Shown here: positions 9,201-18,593 of the stretch, in pieces
Numbering within the stretch: position 1 is the first letter of the stretch
Layout of the letters: each line of letters begins with the position of its first letter
DNA from: Arthrobacter phage Aoka
Length of the DNA stretch: 32,000 nucleotides
Reading direction: 5' to 3' (one strand)
Sequence record: ON755180.1
Translations under genes and position numbers: made by a program
The notes under the pieces: generated by a model
What the model saw: the letters and a program-made list of their open reading frames with translations, nothing else
The model's database searches: none
What the model was told of the DNA's origin: nothing

Positions 9201-9528
9201 CTTCGACGGGGCGGTCAAGTTCGTTACCGGCCAATCCGGGCAGGATGAGCGGTCGGCCGGGTCCGCGGCGGGGATCCCGTACCTCCACGACCAGGGCGGC
9301 GTCATCCACCCCGGGCTCTCCCAGATCGTGAACCGGACCCGGAAGCCCGAGGCCCTGCTCAATCCGCAGCAGTGGGCCGATATGCACTCCCTCGCCGCCC
9401 GGGCCCGGGACGGCGGGACCGGTGACACCTGGAATGTCCAGCTACCGCCGGAGGCCAGCGTCAACGACCTTATGGACGCCGTGACATTCAAGCAGCGAGT
9501 AAACACAAGATCAGGAGCCCGCCGATGA
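6283..9528 (+). CDS. Tape measure protein with internal M23 (LytM/peptidoglycan endopeptidase) domain
   Basis: 1081 aa, with central hydrophobic segments and a Gly/Ala-rich helical body. The C-terminal third contains 'NRTHKGVDFAAGEGTPVFATESGRVSW...GNEIHIDGNSGIQSWFAHLSRMAVRVGDMVRAGQQIGLSGNTGISSGPHLHFGTF' (HxxxD and HLH metal motifs). Confidence 0.93.
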   Translation: MAQATDAVWLPVLPSMKGFGPALVKGAGSEADKAGDSIGRRFGKGIMLGTAAIGAGATAVGAALYKVGEVFDDVTDTIRTGTGATGKNLDGLVDVAKRVGTQVPAEFAEIGTAVADINTRMGLTGPTLEKVASQYLEAGRVLGEAVDVGKTSAAFNAFEIKGDAVSGALDHLFQVSQATGIGMNELAEQAAKNAPALQTLGFSFEETTAMIGSFDKAGLNSSAVMASMSKGLVTLAKEGEEPAAAFKRVQGEIAAFVEKGDEAGALNLASKVFGTRGATQFIGAVKSGAINLGDMSKAAGQTGDTILGVGEDTADFAEQWQMFKNKVLVWLEPMASKVFGALGFAMGEVTAGVTAFGAAWEANDGDITSSGIPGLFEQVAYWGRQAFDYINGTAIPAAKDFGTLLADTFGPSIERVGTFLRDVLVPNVQNFGGELGGQAFTALQDVGSFLVTDLIPALGNLSTWLLDNWDQIVNVATGIGVLLLPAFVRLGVGALVSAGQQVLAWAMAQGGAVKTGVIYLAQSFMIIGRWIAMGAAAIASGAQTAAIWALYRIEAIKGALAHGAQAARVAAGWVVMSAAAVASGAKTAAVWTGTVIAQAASGAGSFLLQVGRVVGGWVLMGLQSMIQAARMAAAWLIAMGPVGWVIAAVIGLVAIVIANWDKIASFTRDLWEKHVKPVFDALGNFITKDVPAAFEKGVGFIKTAWEKLQDIAKVPVKFVVNTIINDGLINGMNTIGGFFNLPKIPRLELPAGFAGGGYTGDGGKYEPKGVVHGGEFVLTKAQTRKAGVRNLYALAQSLDGYAGGGFVKPLRELFVTNGYNRTHKGVDFAAGEGTPVFATESGRVSWSGPGVRAPGVWGGNEIHIDGNSGIQSWFAHLSRMAVRVGDMVRAGQQIGLSGNTGISSGPHLHFGTFRGGWPNDVNPLGYLGGAGMPSGGGFNPLAGILEPLLEQFKKNFPGGGFMADLAIGIGKQLFDGAVKFVTGQSGQDERSAGSAAGIPYLHDQGGVIHPGLSQIVNRTRKPEALLNPQQWADMHSLAARARDGGTGDTWNVQLPPEASVNDLMDAVTFKQRVNTRSGARR

Positions 9529-10385
9529 GGTTCGCATTTAACGGCGTCGAGTTCGGCGGCCGGGACGGGGCCCTGCTGGTCACCGGGTTCACCCCGGGGC
9601 CGGCGGAGACCCGTCCCGGGGACCAGCCGGCCCCGGGCCGGGACGGGACAATCCCCGTCCAGGACTTCCTCGGGTCCGCGACCTGGGCCTTCGACATCTC
9701 CACGAACCGGGAGGACCTCACCGGGGCCCGCGCCTCGGGCGCGGCCCTCGAGGCGGCCTGGAAGGACCCGGCGGTCCGGCTGGACAGCACCGTCAAGGTC
9801 CCGCTCTCCTACGAGCTCGACGGGTCCTGGCGGCGCGTCTACGGCCGCCCCGGGCAGTTCGCCGGGGTCTCCGGGGACCTGCTGGCGACCCTCGGCGTCG
9901 GCCGGATCGTCGCGGACTTCCGGGTCCTGGACCCGCTGCACTACGACGAGGACGAAACCTCGACCGTGCTGACGATCGTCCCGGCCACCACCGGCGGCCT
10001 GCAGGCCCCCCTCGCGGCGCCGCTCTCAACGGTCCGGTCCTCCGCTCCGCGGGCCGGCATGGTCCACAACGGCGGGGACGCGGCGACCCCGCTAAAGGTC
10101 ACCTTCCACGGCCCCGTCGCGGATCCCTGGGTCCGCTCGGCCGACGGGATGGAGATCGGCCTCACCGGATCCCTCGCCTACGACCAGACGGTCACGGTCG
10201 ACCCGCTCGCCGGGACCGTCACCCGGCAGGACGGGAGTCCGGCCGCGGGCCTCCTGACCCGTAAGACGCGCCTCACCGGGACGCTCCTGCAGCCCGGCCC
10301 GACCGAGCTGAGCTTCGGCGGCACGGACCCGACCGGCACGGCCAAGGCGACCCTGTCCTGGCGCAACGCCCACACCTCACTCTAG
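9525..10385 (+). CDS. Distal tail / Dit-like minor tail protein
   Basis: Follows the tape measure with a 4 nt overlap. 'MRFAFNGVEFGGRDGALLVTGFTPG...RDGTIPVQDFLGSATWAFDISTN...'. Confidence 0.7.
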   Translation: MRFAFNGVEFGGRDGALLVTGFTPGPAETRPGDQPAPGRDGTIPVQDFLGSATWAFDISTNREDLTGARASGAALEAAWKDPAVRLDSTVKVPLSYELDGSWRRVYGRPGQFAGVSGDLLATLGVGRIVADFRVLDPLHYDEDETSTVLTIVPATTGGLQAPLAAPLSTVRSSAPRAGMVHNGGDAATPLKVTFHGPVADPWVRSADGMEIGLTGSLAYDQTVTVDPLAGTVTRQDGSPAAGLLTRKTRLTGTLLQPGPTELSFGGTDPTGTAKATLSWRNAHTSL

Positions 10386-10395
10386 GAGACCCCTC

Positions 10396-11361
10396 GTGGC
10401 ACTTGATAACACCCCCTGGTTCATCGGCGGCGGCGCCCAGCACTCCCCCGAGGTCGCCCGGACCCTGGCGTTTGCCAGCACCCGCGGCGCCGAGGGGATC
10501 GTCGGGATCGGGGACCTCAAGGTCCAGGCGCAGGCCGTCGCGAACGGCACGGTCCGCGTCTCCACCGGCGCCGCGATCATCCTCAACCGGTACGCCGGCG
10601 GCGGGCAGCAGTCCTACGGGCTGCGGAACGCGACCCAGACGGACGTCGCGATCACGGCGACCGGATCCGGGGCCGGCCGGACGGACCTGATCATCGCCCG
10701 GGTCCTCGACCCGCAGTATGAGGGCGCCGCCCCGGCGGACCCGGTCACGTTCCAGTATTCCCGGATCGTCGTCGTCCAGGGCGTCCCGGCCGGGACGAAG
10801 ACCGCGGCGGAGCTGAACCTCGGCTATCCCGCGATCGCCCTCGCTAAGGTCACCCTGCCCGTCTCCACGGCGACGATCACCGCCGGGATGATCACCGACC
10901 TCCGCAAGGTCGCGAACCCGCGACGCGACCGGGCAATGGTGACCGTCTTCCCCTCCGCGACGCAGTCCATCCCGACCGCCGGGTACTCCTCCTGGCCGAT
11001 CCAGACCGCACAGCGGCCCCTCGTCCCGGTCCCGTCCTGGGCAACCCGCGTCGACATCGTCGCGCACCTCTCCGGCGTCAAGTTCGTCCAGTCCGGTGGC
11101 GCGGCCACGACCGCCGGGATCCGGACCGGGTTCGGGTCCTCCCTCCCGGCGCAGAACGGGATCATCGTCCAGGACGCCGTCGACACCTCCGGCCGCTACC
11201 ACTACACCCTGGTCGGGACCCACATTGTGGACGCCTCCATGCGCGGGACCGACCAATACATCAACCTCCAGGGCGTCCGCACCGCCGGATCCGGACTCTG
11301 GACGGCCGACTATCAGACCTCCATCGTCATCGACTGGGAGTTCTCCGAAGGGGCGCAGTAA
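10396..11361 (+). CDS. Minor tail protein (baseplate component)
   Basis: GTG start. 'MALDNTPWFIGGGAQHSPEVARTLAFASTRGAEGIVGIGDLKVQA...NPRRDRAMVTVFPSATQ', in the tail gene context. Confidence 0.6.
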   Translation: MALDNTPWFIGGGAQHSPEVARTLAFASTRGAEGIVGIGDLKVQAQAVANGTVRVSTGAAIILNRYAGGGQQSYGLRNATQTDVAITATGSGAGRTDLIIARVLDPQYEGAAPADPVTFQYSRIVVVQGVPAGTKTAAELNLGYPAIALAKVTLPVSTATITAGMITDLRKVANPRRDRAMVTVFPSATQSIPTAGYSSWPIQTAQRPLVPVPSWATRVDIVAHLSGVKFVQSGGAATTAGIRTGFGSSLPAQNGIIVQDAVDTSGRYHYTLVGTHIVDASMRGTDQYINLQGVRTAGSGLWTADYQTSIVIDWEFSEGAQ

Positions 11362-12410
11362 TGGCCTGGCGCTTCCACGCCCAATCCCTCCCGTCGAGGG
11401 TCTGGATCGACCGCGACCTGGCGCTGGTCGACGCCGAAGTCACCGAAGGGACCAACGGCCCCGCCGTGATCCGCGGCAAGCTGCCCCTCGGCAACACCAC
11501 CGGGAAGCAGCTCCGTGAGTGGGGATCCCTGATCGTCGCCGAACAGGACGGCCAGGACCCCGTCGCGGCCATCGTCGACCGGCTCAACCCCGAAGACGGC
11601 TGGCTCCACGTCGAGGCCGGCGGGTTCACCATGTACCCCAACGGCCTCCCCTGGTCCGGGCCCGACTACACCGGCGTCGGCGTCGACCCGCTCGACATGG
11701 TCCGGAAAATCTGGGCCGAGATCCAAGCCCACCCCGACGGGAACCTCGGCGTCACCGTCGACCCCCTCACCAGCCCCACCCGGATCGGGACCGCCGCCAC
11801 GGCGGACAACACCGACGGGCCGTTCCGGCTCGCCTGGTGGGCCACCGACGACCTCGGGAAAGTCCTCGCCGACCTCGCCACCGACACCCCGTTCCAATAC
11901 CGGGAACGCTCCACCTGGGACGGCGACGACATCACACACCGCCTGCAGCTCGGCTACCCGAGCCTCGGCGCTCGCCGGGAGGAGCTCCGCTTCGAGGTCG
12001 GCGTCAACATCACGGCGGCCCCGCCGATGGCCGATGGGGAGTACGCATCCGAGGTCCTCGTCATGGGCGCCGGGGAGGGCCGGAAAAAGGTCACCTCCGG
12101 GCCGCTGCGGACCACGGCCGCCGGGCGCCTCCGCCGGGTCCGCACGGTCGCGGACTCCTCCATCACGACGAAGGCCGCGGCGCAGGCCGCGGCCCGGCCG
12201 TTCCTCGCCCGCCTCGGCGGCGTCGACTCGATCGAGTCCCTCGACGTCATCAACCACCCCGCGGCCCCGTTCGGATCGTTCGGGCCCGGGGATGAAATCT
12301 ATGTCCAGGGGAACGCCGGCTGGGCCCAGCTCGCGGACTGGGTCCGCATCACCGAGCAGACGATCAACTGCACTACCGGAATTATGAACCTGAAAGTCGA
12401 GGCAATATGA
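11361..12410 (+). CDS. Minor tail protein (Gp37-like tail tip)
   Basis: 349 aa with 'PAVIRGKLPLGNTTGKQLREWGSLIVAEQDGQDPVAAIVDRLNP...GVDPLDMVRKIWAEIQAHPDGNLGV'. Overlaps the neighbouring tail genes. Confidence 0.7.
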   Translation: MAWRFHAQSLPSRVWIDRDLALVDAEVTEGTNGPAVIRGKLPLGNTTGKQLREWGSLIVAEQDGQDPVAAIVDRLNPEDGWLHVEAGGFTMYPNGLPWSGPDYTGVGVDPLDMVRKIWAEIQAHPDGNLGVTVDPLTSPTRIGTAATADNTDGPFRLAWWATDDLGKVLADLATDTPFQYRERSTWDGDDITHRLQLGYPSLGARREELRFEVGVNITAAPPMADGEYASEVLVMGAGEGRKKVTSGPLRTTAAGRLRRVRTVADSSITTKAAAQAAARPFLARLGGVDSIESLDVINHPAAPFGSFGPGDEIYVQGNAGWAQLADWVRITEQTINCTTGIMNLKVEAI

Positions 12411-15400
12411 GCGACGTCCGCCGCAGCGCCGGATGGCTGGCCGACAAGCTGACCGACCAGGACCGCCGGCTAAGCCTCGTCGAGTCCCGCAAGCCGGGCC
12501 TAGCGCAGTCCTCGATCGAGGACGGCGCGATCGAGGAATACACCGCGGACGGGACCTTTGCGTCCTCGGTCGGGAAGCAGCCCGACGGCTCCCATGTGGC
12601 ATTCCCGGCCACCGGCCCGACGCCGGCGGCCCCGGTCGTCCCGACCCTCAAGGCCAGCCCGGGCCTGGTCGAGGTCCGCTGGTCCGGGAAATTCACCGGC
12701 GACGCGGTCTCCACCCTGGACTTTAAGCACGTCGCCGTCCACGTCGGGACCACGCCCGAGGTCGACACCGCGCCCAACACGCAGGTAGCGACGATCCGGG
12801 GCGAGCTCGGCGACGTCGCGGTCCTCGCGGCCGAGGAGGGCATGGTTTACGTCTGCCTCGTCGCCTGGACGGCCGCCGGCAAGGCCTCGGCCCCGTCCGC
12901 GGTCGGCGCGGTCGCGGTCCCGGCCCCGGCTAATGCCGAGCTGATCAACGAATCCCTCGCGGACCTCGATCTCAAGTACGACGGCGTCATTACCGAAGCC
13001 GGGCAGCTCGGCGACCGACTCGACACCGCCGAGACCGACCTCACCGCGAGCAAGGAACGCCTCACCGACGCCGAGGAGGACCTCGCCTCAGCCTTCGGCC
13101 AGCTCAACACCGTCGACGCCCGCGTAGCCGCAGCCAAACAGGCAGCGATCGACGCGGCGGCGGCCGACGCCACCCTCAAAAAGGAACAGGCCGAAGCAGC
13201 GGCGGCACTGGAAGCCGCCGAGATCGCCCAGACCAAGGCCGACGAGGCCGAGGCGGCGGCCCTGGCGGCCGCAAAGACCTACGCCGACGCCCAGGCCTCC
13301 GGCGCGGGCGCGGACGCGCTGGCGGCGGCAAAGCTGGACGCGACGGCCAAAGCGGACGCGGCGAAGGCCGCCGCGATCACGGCGGCCGCTGCGGACGCGA
13401 CGGCGAAAAAGGAACAGGCCGAAGCCAACGCAGCCCTCGACGCGAAGGCGAAGGCCGACGCGGCCCAGGCCGCAGCCATCGCCGCGGCGGCCACCACGGC
13501 CCAGACCAAAGCGGACGCGGCGAAGGCGGCGGCGATCGCCGCGGCGGCCACCGACGCCCAGACCAAGGCCGACGCGGCCCGCGACGTCGCCCTCGCGCAG
13601 GTCGCTCAGGTCATCGCCCGCGGGACCAGCCTCACCCGGAACGGCGACTTCGAGGCCGGCGCGGACGGCTGGAGCCTCAACTCCGGCGCGGCCGTTGAAA
13701 CGGGCACGGCCCGCTCCGGAACCAAGGCGCTACGAATGGGCCCTAACCCGACCGTGAATATGGGAGTGTCCTCGGAATGGGTCCCCGGCTCAGCGGGGCG
13801 CACTTACTACGTTGAAATGTGGGTCCGCCGCACCGGGACAGAAGTCAAGGCGCAGGGCCTGGGTTTCTACGTCCAGGCTAAAACGGCGGCGGGCGGCACT
13901 TCGAGCCCCATCGTTGGCCGGGTCGACTCCGCGACGATCAGCACGACCGGATGGACGAAAATCTCGGTCACTTACACCGTCGCCACGGCGGACACGGTCG
14001 CGGTCCGCTTCGCCCCCTGGATCATCGCCGGGAACAACACCTATCACTTCGACGACTTCCTCGCCGTCGACGTCACCGAGGCGCAGGCGGCACTCACCGC
14101 GGCGGCGGCGGCGGACGCGAAAGCGGTCGCGGCCCAGTCCGCGGCCGGGACCGCGGGGTCGAACGCTACGGCGGCGCTGAACATGGCCGGGACGAAAAAC
14201 TCCGCCTATTCCAGCCCTGACCCTGCTACCGGCACCGGCACGACGGCCGGCGACCTCTGGCGGCAAGTCAACGCCGGGAAGGAGGTCATCGCCGAGTGGC
14301 AGTGGTCCGGCTCAACCTGGGTCAAGCAGACCGTCTCCGGATCCAACGTGTCGAATATGGACATCGGCTATCTCACCGCCGGCGCGGCGACGATGTCCCA
14401 GGCGCTAATCGACAAACTGGTCGCCGGGACGGCGAACTTCCAGCGGGCCGACATCGTCAATCTCTTCGCCACCTCGGGCACCCTCGACGAGGCGGTCATA
14501 GACAAGCTCTGGGCCGACGTCGTCCATGCCTACAAGATCACCACGGCGATGCTCGCGGTCGGGAGCTTCGATAACGTCATCCCGGACCCGGATTTCACTA
14601 ACGAAGAGCTGCAGTGGGGATCCGCGGTCTCGCCGTACTCGTTCCCCGCGACCGAGGGACGGACCGGCGGCGGGGCGCTCAAGATCACCCCGAACACCTC
14701 CCAGACCGGCCGGTACTCCGCCCGGATCCCAGCCTCCGGCGCGGCGTCCTACCGGGTCGCCGTCTGGGTCAAATCCGACGTCGCGATCCCGGCCGGCGGC
14801 CTCGGCCTCTACGTCAACCGGAAACTGTCCAAGAGCGGCGGCGCGGGCGGCGCGATAAACATCCTCAAGCAGGCGGACGGGACCAGCGCCGGGAATGACC
14901 CGATCGCGGCGAACACCTGGACGCTGCTGCAGGGGATCGCCCCGATCGCCGATACCTGGTACGACTTCGCGGTAGGCCTCTACACGCAGAGCAGTTTCTC
15001 GACCGGGACAACATGGTTCTCCGAACCGACGGCGACCCGGATGAACGCCGGGGAGCTGACGGTCGACGGGACCGTAACCGCGAAGGCGCTCGCCGCGCTG
15101 ATCGTGCTGACCAGCGAAATCATCGCGGGCAACCCGAACGGGACGCACGCCCGGATGACCCCGAACGGTTTCCGCGTGATGGCGGCCGGGATCGACGGCG
15201 GCACCCCGACCGAGGTGATCCGCCTCGGGACGGATACCGACGACTATCTCGGCGTCGTCAATGCGCTGGGGGAGCTGGTCGCGTCCATCAGTTCCTCGGG
15301 CGGCATGACCGCGCAAAGCCTGGACGTCGCCGGTGACATCTCTATGGGCGGGACCACGCTCGCGGAGACTCTCGACGCGAGGCCGAAGGGCCTGATCGCC

Positions 15401-16354
15401 TGGGCCAGCCGGTGGACGGCGGGCAAGTATTGGGCCGGGGCGACCTCGCACCCGTACCTACACCTGACATTCCCGGTGGAGGCGGGGCGGGCCTACATGG
15501 TTCGGACCAACTCGATCGGCATGGACGGGTCCAGCACCTCCTCGGACCCGCTCGTCCGGCTGCATCAGATCCAGGGCGACAACTGCACCACCACCGCCCC
15601 GGTGATCGCGCAGGCGATCTCTACGAGTAGCGGAATCGCCACGTACCGCTCCTCGATAACGATCAACCGCATCCTCACCCCCTCAAGCACGGAGAACCTG
15701 TCGGTCCTCCTCGCCTACGGGGCGGCCCGAGGCACTGGGAAGATCAGCGCCCCGGGAGCGAACCCGAATTTCCTCATGGTGGAAGACTTGGGGCTGGCGA
15801 TGGCGCAGACGGGGGAATGGCGGGACGGCACCGCAGATAACTCCACCGTGGATCCCACCCCGCCGGCCACGGTCCAGAACTATGACCAAACGTGGAACGC
15901 CACCGGGACCCGGTCCTTCCTGGGGTCGGGCGGCACGTACAGCTATAACACCGGGTACATGTATTCGGGGCTGCAGTACGGGACCTCTAACGGCGATCTG
16001 TCCTCTATGGCCGTGTTCCCCAGCCTCACTACCATCCTCAACGGGGCCACTGTGACCGGCGTCTGGGTCTATGTGTACTACGACTTTTGGTACTACGGCG
16101 CAGGCGGGGACGCCTATATCGGCCTTCATGGGCAGACGGGACTCACCAGTTCCAAGCCGGCCAAAACCTACAGTCACGCGGTCTCAACCAACTGGCCGAG
16201 GGCGGCCGGGCGCTGGATCAAGATGTCCTCGAGTACCTATGACGGATGGCGCACCGGGCAGCACCGGGGGTTCACCCTCGGCGGAAGCGGCGGCGGCTAC
16301 GAACGCTATGGGTACGCTCACGGCGCGAAGCTGCGGATCACCTGGACCAAGTAA
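12407..16354 (+). CDS. Large minor tail protein with long Ala/Lys/Asp-rich coiled-coil stalk and a jelly-roll (CBM-like) domain; candidate receptor-binding protein
   Basis: 1315 aa. Heptad-rich segment 'KADAAKAAAIAAAATTAQTKADAAKAAAIAAAATDAQTKADAARD' is followed by 'RGTSLTRNGDFEAGADGWSLNSGAAVETGTARSGTKALRM', typical of carbohydrate-binding-like domains, and an aromatic Gly-rich C-terminus. Confidence 0.8.
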   Translation: MSDVRRSAGWLADKLTDQDRRLSLVESRKPGLAQSSIEDGAIEEYTADGTFASSVGKQPDGSHVAFPATGPTPAAPVVPTLKASPGLVEVRWSGKFTGDAVSTLDFKHVAVHVGTTPEVDTAPNTQVATIRGELGDVAVLAAEEGMVYVCLVAWTAAGKASAPSAVGAVAVPAPANAELINESLADLDLKYDGVITEAGQLGDRLDTAETDLTASKERLTDAEEDLASAFGQLNTVDARVAAAKQAAIDAAAADATLKKEQAEAAAALEAAEIAQTKADEAEAAALAAAKTYADAQASGAGADALAAAKLDATAKADAAKAAAITAAAADATAKKEQAEANAALDAKAKADAAQAAAIAAAATTAQTKADAAKAAAIAAAATDAQTKADAARDVALAQVAQVIARGTSLTRNGDFEAGADGWSLNSGAAVETGTARSGTKALRMGPNPTVNMGVSSEWVPGSAGRTYYVEMWVRRTGTEVKAQGLGFYVQAKTAAGGTSSPIVGRVDSATISTTGWTKISVTYTVATADTVAVRFAPWIIAGNNTYHFDDFLAVDVTEAQAALTAAAAADAKAVAAQSAAGTAGSNATAALNMAGTKNSAYSSPDPATGTGTTAGDLWRQVNAGKEVIAEWQWSGSTWVKQTVSGSNVSNMDIGYLTAGAATMSQALIDKLVAGTANFQRADIVNLFATSGTLDEAVIDKLWADVVHAYKITTAMLAVGSFDNVIPDPDFTNEELQWGSAVSPYSFPATEGRTGGGALKITPNTSQTGRYSARIPASGAASYRVAVWVKSDVAIPAGGLGLYVNRKLSKSGGAGGAINILKQADGTSAGNDPIAANTWTLLQGIAPIADTWYDFAVGLYTQSSFSTGTTWFSEPTATRMNAGELTVDGTVTAKALAALIVLTSEIIAGNPNGTHARMTPNGFRVMAAGIDGGTPTEVIRLGTDTDDYLGVVNALGELVASISSSGGMTAQSLDVAGDISMGGTTLAETLDARPKGLIAWASRWTAGKYWAGATSHPYLHLTFPVEAGRAYMVRTNSIGMDGSSTSSDPLVRLHQIQGDNCTTTAPVIAQAISTSSGIATYRSSITINRILTPSSTENLSVLLAYGAARGTGKISAPGANPNFLMVEDLGLAMAQTGEWRDGTADNSTVDPTPPATVQNYDQTWNATGTRSFLGSGGTYSYNTGYMYSGLQYGTSNGDLSSMAVFPSLTTILNGATVTGVWVYVYYDFWYYGAGGDAYIGLHGQTGLTSSKPAKTYSHAVSTNWPRAAGRWIKMSSSTYDGWRTGQHRGFTLGGSGGGYERYGYAHGAKLRITWTK

Positions 16355-16363
16355 TCAACACAT

Positions 16364-16393
16364 GCCGCGGGCCCCGAATCAGGGGCCCGCGGC
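16364..16393 (+). terminator. Terminator-like hairpin after the large tail gene
   Basis: Perfect 12 bp stem GCCGCGGGCCCC-GAATCA-GGGGCCCGCGGC in the intergenic gap. No U-tract. Confidence 0.6.
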
Positions 16394-16411
16394 GACGGAA
16401 GGACACCACAA

Positions 16412-16759
16412 ATGGCAGATACCGAACTGCTGAAATTTTCCCGGATCCGCGACGACTACGAACTCCGGGAACGAGTCAACGCGGCGCTCCTGGTTCAGGC
16501 GCTCTACTGGGTGGACGCACCCCCGGACCTGACCGTTGAAGCGCGGGCGATGATGGACTGGGTCCTGGATAACCCGCTGCAGCCCGTCGACCTAATGACC
16601 GCCTACGTGGCCACCATGCCGGAAGTCGCGGCGGCCTCCACTCTGCTCGACGGCGGCGGCGTGGACACCAGCGAGGTGACCGATTACAACATCAAATATC
16701 AGGTAGGGGCGAAGTGGAACACGGTCGCCGCGAAGCGATTCACGGCGCCGCCGGCATGA
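16412..16759 (+). CDS. Small phage protein, unknown function (tail-region accessory)
   Basis: 115 aa ORF preceded by GGAAGGA. 'MADTELLKFSRIRDDYELRERVNAALLVQALYW...'. Confidence 0.7.
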   Translation: MADTELLKFSRIRDDYELRERVNAALLVQALYWVDAPPDLTVEARAMMDWVLDNPLQPVDLMTAYVATMPEVAAASTLLDGGGVDTSEVTDYNIKYQVGAKWNTVAAKRFTAPPA

Positions 16760-17166
16760 TCCGGCCGCGGATCAACGGCCGCCGGGGCGCGTTTCAGCTC
16801 GTCTTTGGTCTCGTCTACCTGATCGTCGGGATGGGTTACTTCATGACGCCCGGGACGACGCTCCGGGACCGGTATTTCTCCTGGCTGGGCCCGGTCCCGC
16901 TGGACGCCTTCGCGGCCCTCTGGGTCGCGGCCGGCGCGATCGCGATCGTCTCGGCGTTCCTGCCCCGCCCGAGGGACGCCGCCGGGTTCATGGCCCTGGT
17001 CTTCGCCCCGGGGATATGGTTCGGGCTGTTCGTCATCGCCGCGGCCGTGACCGGGTCCGCGGCCGCGATCGTCCAGGCCGCGCTCTATGCCGTGTTTTCC
17101 GTCGCCCCGCTGATCGTCTCCGGAATGCAAGGCCCGGAGGACCGCGACCACCGGGAGGTCCGGTAA
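16756..17166 (+). CDS. Multi-pass membrane protein (possible lysis-cassette component)
   Basis: ATGA overlap with the previous stop. Several hydrophobic segments: 'GAFQLVFGLVYLIVGMGYFM', 'AFAALWVAAGAIAIVSAFL', 'GLFVIAAAVTGSAAAIVQAALYAVFSVAPLIV'. Confidence 0.65.
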   Translation: MIRPRINGRRGAFQLVFGLVYLIVGMGYFMTPGTTLRDRYFSWLGPVPLDAFAALWVAAGAIAIVSAFLPRPRDAAGFMALVFAPGIWFGLFVIAAAVTGSAAAIVQAALYAVFSVAPLIVSGMQGPEDRDHREVR

Positions 17167-17564
17167 TGGAACAATGGCAGGCCGTGATCCTCGGGCTGAT
17201 CACACTCGTCGGGACCGTGTACGGCGCCTACCGGGCCGGGAAAACGACGGTCAAGGTCAAAGAGCTCGACGTCGACGGGCAGGCCTTCGAGCGGGCCGAG
17301 GGGATCTACACCGGGGCGATCGCGACCCTGCAAAAGCAGCTGACCGACCTCGACACCGCCCGCAAAGAGGACAAGCTCGAATACGCGAAAGAGCTCGCGA
17401 AACGCGACACCCGCCTCGAGCGGGTCGAGGTGGAAATCCGCGAGGTCCGGGACCGTAACAACGCCCTGGTCACCTTCGTCTATAAGGTCCTCGCGATCCT
17501 CCGGGCGCACAACCTCACCGACCAAATCCGGCCCGACGACGTCCCGGACGACATCCACATTTAG
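17166..17564 (+). CDS. Membrane-anchored coiled-coil protein (holin/spanin-like position)
   Basis: Internal ATG at 17166 overlaps the previous stop. N-terminal TM 'AVILGLITLVGTVYGAYRAG' then a long charged helix. Confidence 0.6.
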   Translation: MEQWQAVILGLITLVGTVYGAYRAGKTTVKVKELDVDGQAFERAEGIYTGAIATLQKQLTDLDTARKEDKLEYAKELAKRDTRLERVEVEIREVRDRNNALVTFVYKVLAILRAHNLTDQIRPDDVPDDIHI

Positions 17565-17572
17565 GAGCACAG

Positions 17573-18592
17573 ATGGGTTATTTCCTGCAGGACAACCCGA
17601 ACCCCAACACCGGGCAGTTCGGCTGGCCGCGGACGAAGGTCTCCGGCGTCATCGGCGTCCACACCGCCGAAAACAACACGGACTTCGAGGGCGCGGACGC
17701 CGGGGCGGAGGACGTCGCCCGGTTCATCGGCCGCCGCACCGACTACGGCTCCTATCACGCGATCGCGGACGCCGACTCCCGCCTCAAACTCGTCCACCCC
17801 TCCTATGCGGCCTGGGCAGACACCACGAACAACGCCCACGCGATGAGCGTCTCCGGCGCGATGCAAGCCGCCCGATGGCGGGAACTCACCCCCGCCCGCG
17901 CCGCAGCACTCACCCGGAACATGGCCTACGCCGCCGCCGAGCTCGTCCAGGACGCGCTCGCGGCCGGCCTGCTGGCCTCCCCGGTCCCCGCCCGCCGGAT
18001 CACCCCGGCGGAGGCGATCGCGGGGTCCCGGGCCGGGTTCTACGGCCACGGCGAGACGAACCCGGGCCGCCGGTACGATCCCGGCCAGAACTTCGACTGG
18101 GATCTCTTCCTCACCACCTACGCCGCCGCCGTCAACGGCTCCGCGGCCATCGCCCCCCAGGGCACCACCACCCCGCCCAAAGCGAAGGACTCCGAAATGC
18201 CACTCTCCAAACTCATCGGGAGCAAATTCAAGGCCCGGCACCGGCTCCCCAAGGGCGAGCCTTACATGCTTTCCGAGGCCGACGACGGCAAGAGCGTAAA
18301 TCTCGCCGTCAACCAGGTCGGCCATTACCTGATCCATTGCCACGTCCGCGGGCAGGGTCTCCTCCCGGGGCAGCGGATCAAGGCCCGATTCCTGGTCACC
18401 CGCGGAGGGAAGGCCAGCGGCCACCACGAACAGGACATCGTCGGGACCCTCGACGGGACGTTCAACCAGCCCGTGATCTTCAACCGGCCGGTCGAGGCCG
18501 GCACCGTGCTTACCGTCGAGCTGGTCTCGACCAACACCGAAACCGCCTACGTCACCGGGTTCGGTGCCGACGTCACTACCTGGAAGGCCTAA
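17573..18592 (+). CDS. Endolysin, N-acetylmuramoyl-L-alanine amidase (PGRP/amidase_2 type)
   Basis: 339 aa with 'GVIGVHTAENNTDF...DYGSYHAIADADSRLKLVHPSYAAWAD...NAHAMSVSGAMQAARW', the catalytic core of phage amidase_2 endolysins, plus a C-terminal accessory domain. Confidence 0.88.
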   Translation: MGYFLQDNPNPNTGQFGWPRTKVSGVIGVHTAENNTDFEGADAGAEDVARFIGRRTDYGSYHAIADADSRLKLVHPSYAAWADTTNNAHAMSVSGAMQAARWRELTPARAAALTRNMAYAAAELVQDALAAGLLASPVPARRITPAEAIAGSRAGFYGHGETNPGRRYDPGQNFDWDLFLTTYAAAVNGSAAIAPQGTTTPPKAKDSEMPLSKLIGSKFKARHRLPKGEPYMLSEADDGKSVNLAVNQVGHYLIHCHVRGQGLLPGQRIKARFLVTRGGKASGHHEQDIVGTLDGTFNQPVIFNRPVEAGTVLTVELVSTNTETAYVTGFGADVTTWKA

Positions 18593-18593
18593 C

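Noticed and set aside
5944-9387. 1147 aa minus-strand ORF antisense to the tape measure gene
   Set aside because: High-GC mirror-frame artefact: Gly/Asp/Arg/Val-rich composition with no domain features, and it fully overlaps a convincing + strand gene.
10273-12602. Long minus-strand ORFs (10273..11256 and 11313..12602) opposite the minor tail genes
   Set aside because: Same antisense high-GC artefact, with no start context or motifs.
14405-15451. 348 aa minus-strand ORF
   Set aside because: Antisense to the large tail protein. Arg/Gly/Asp-rich pseudo-protein.
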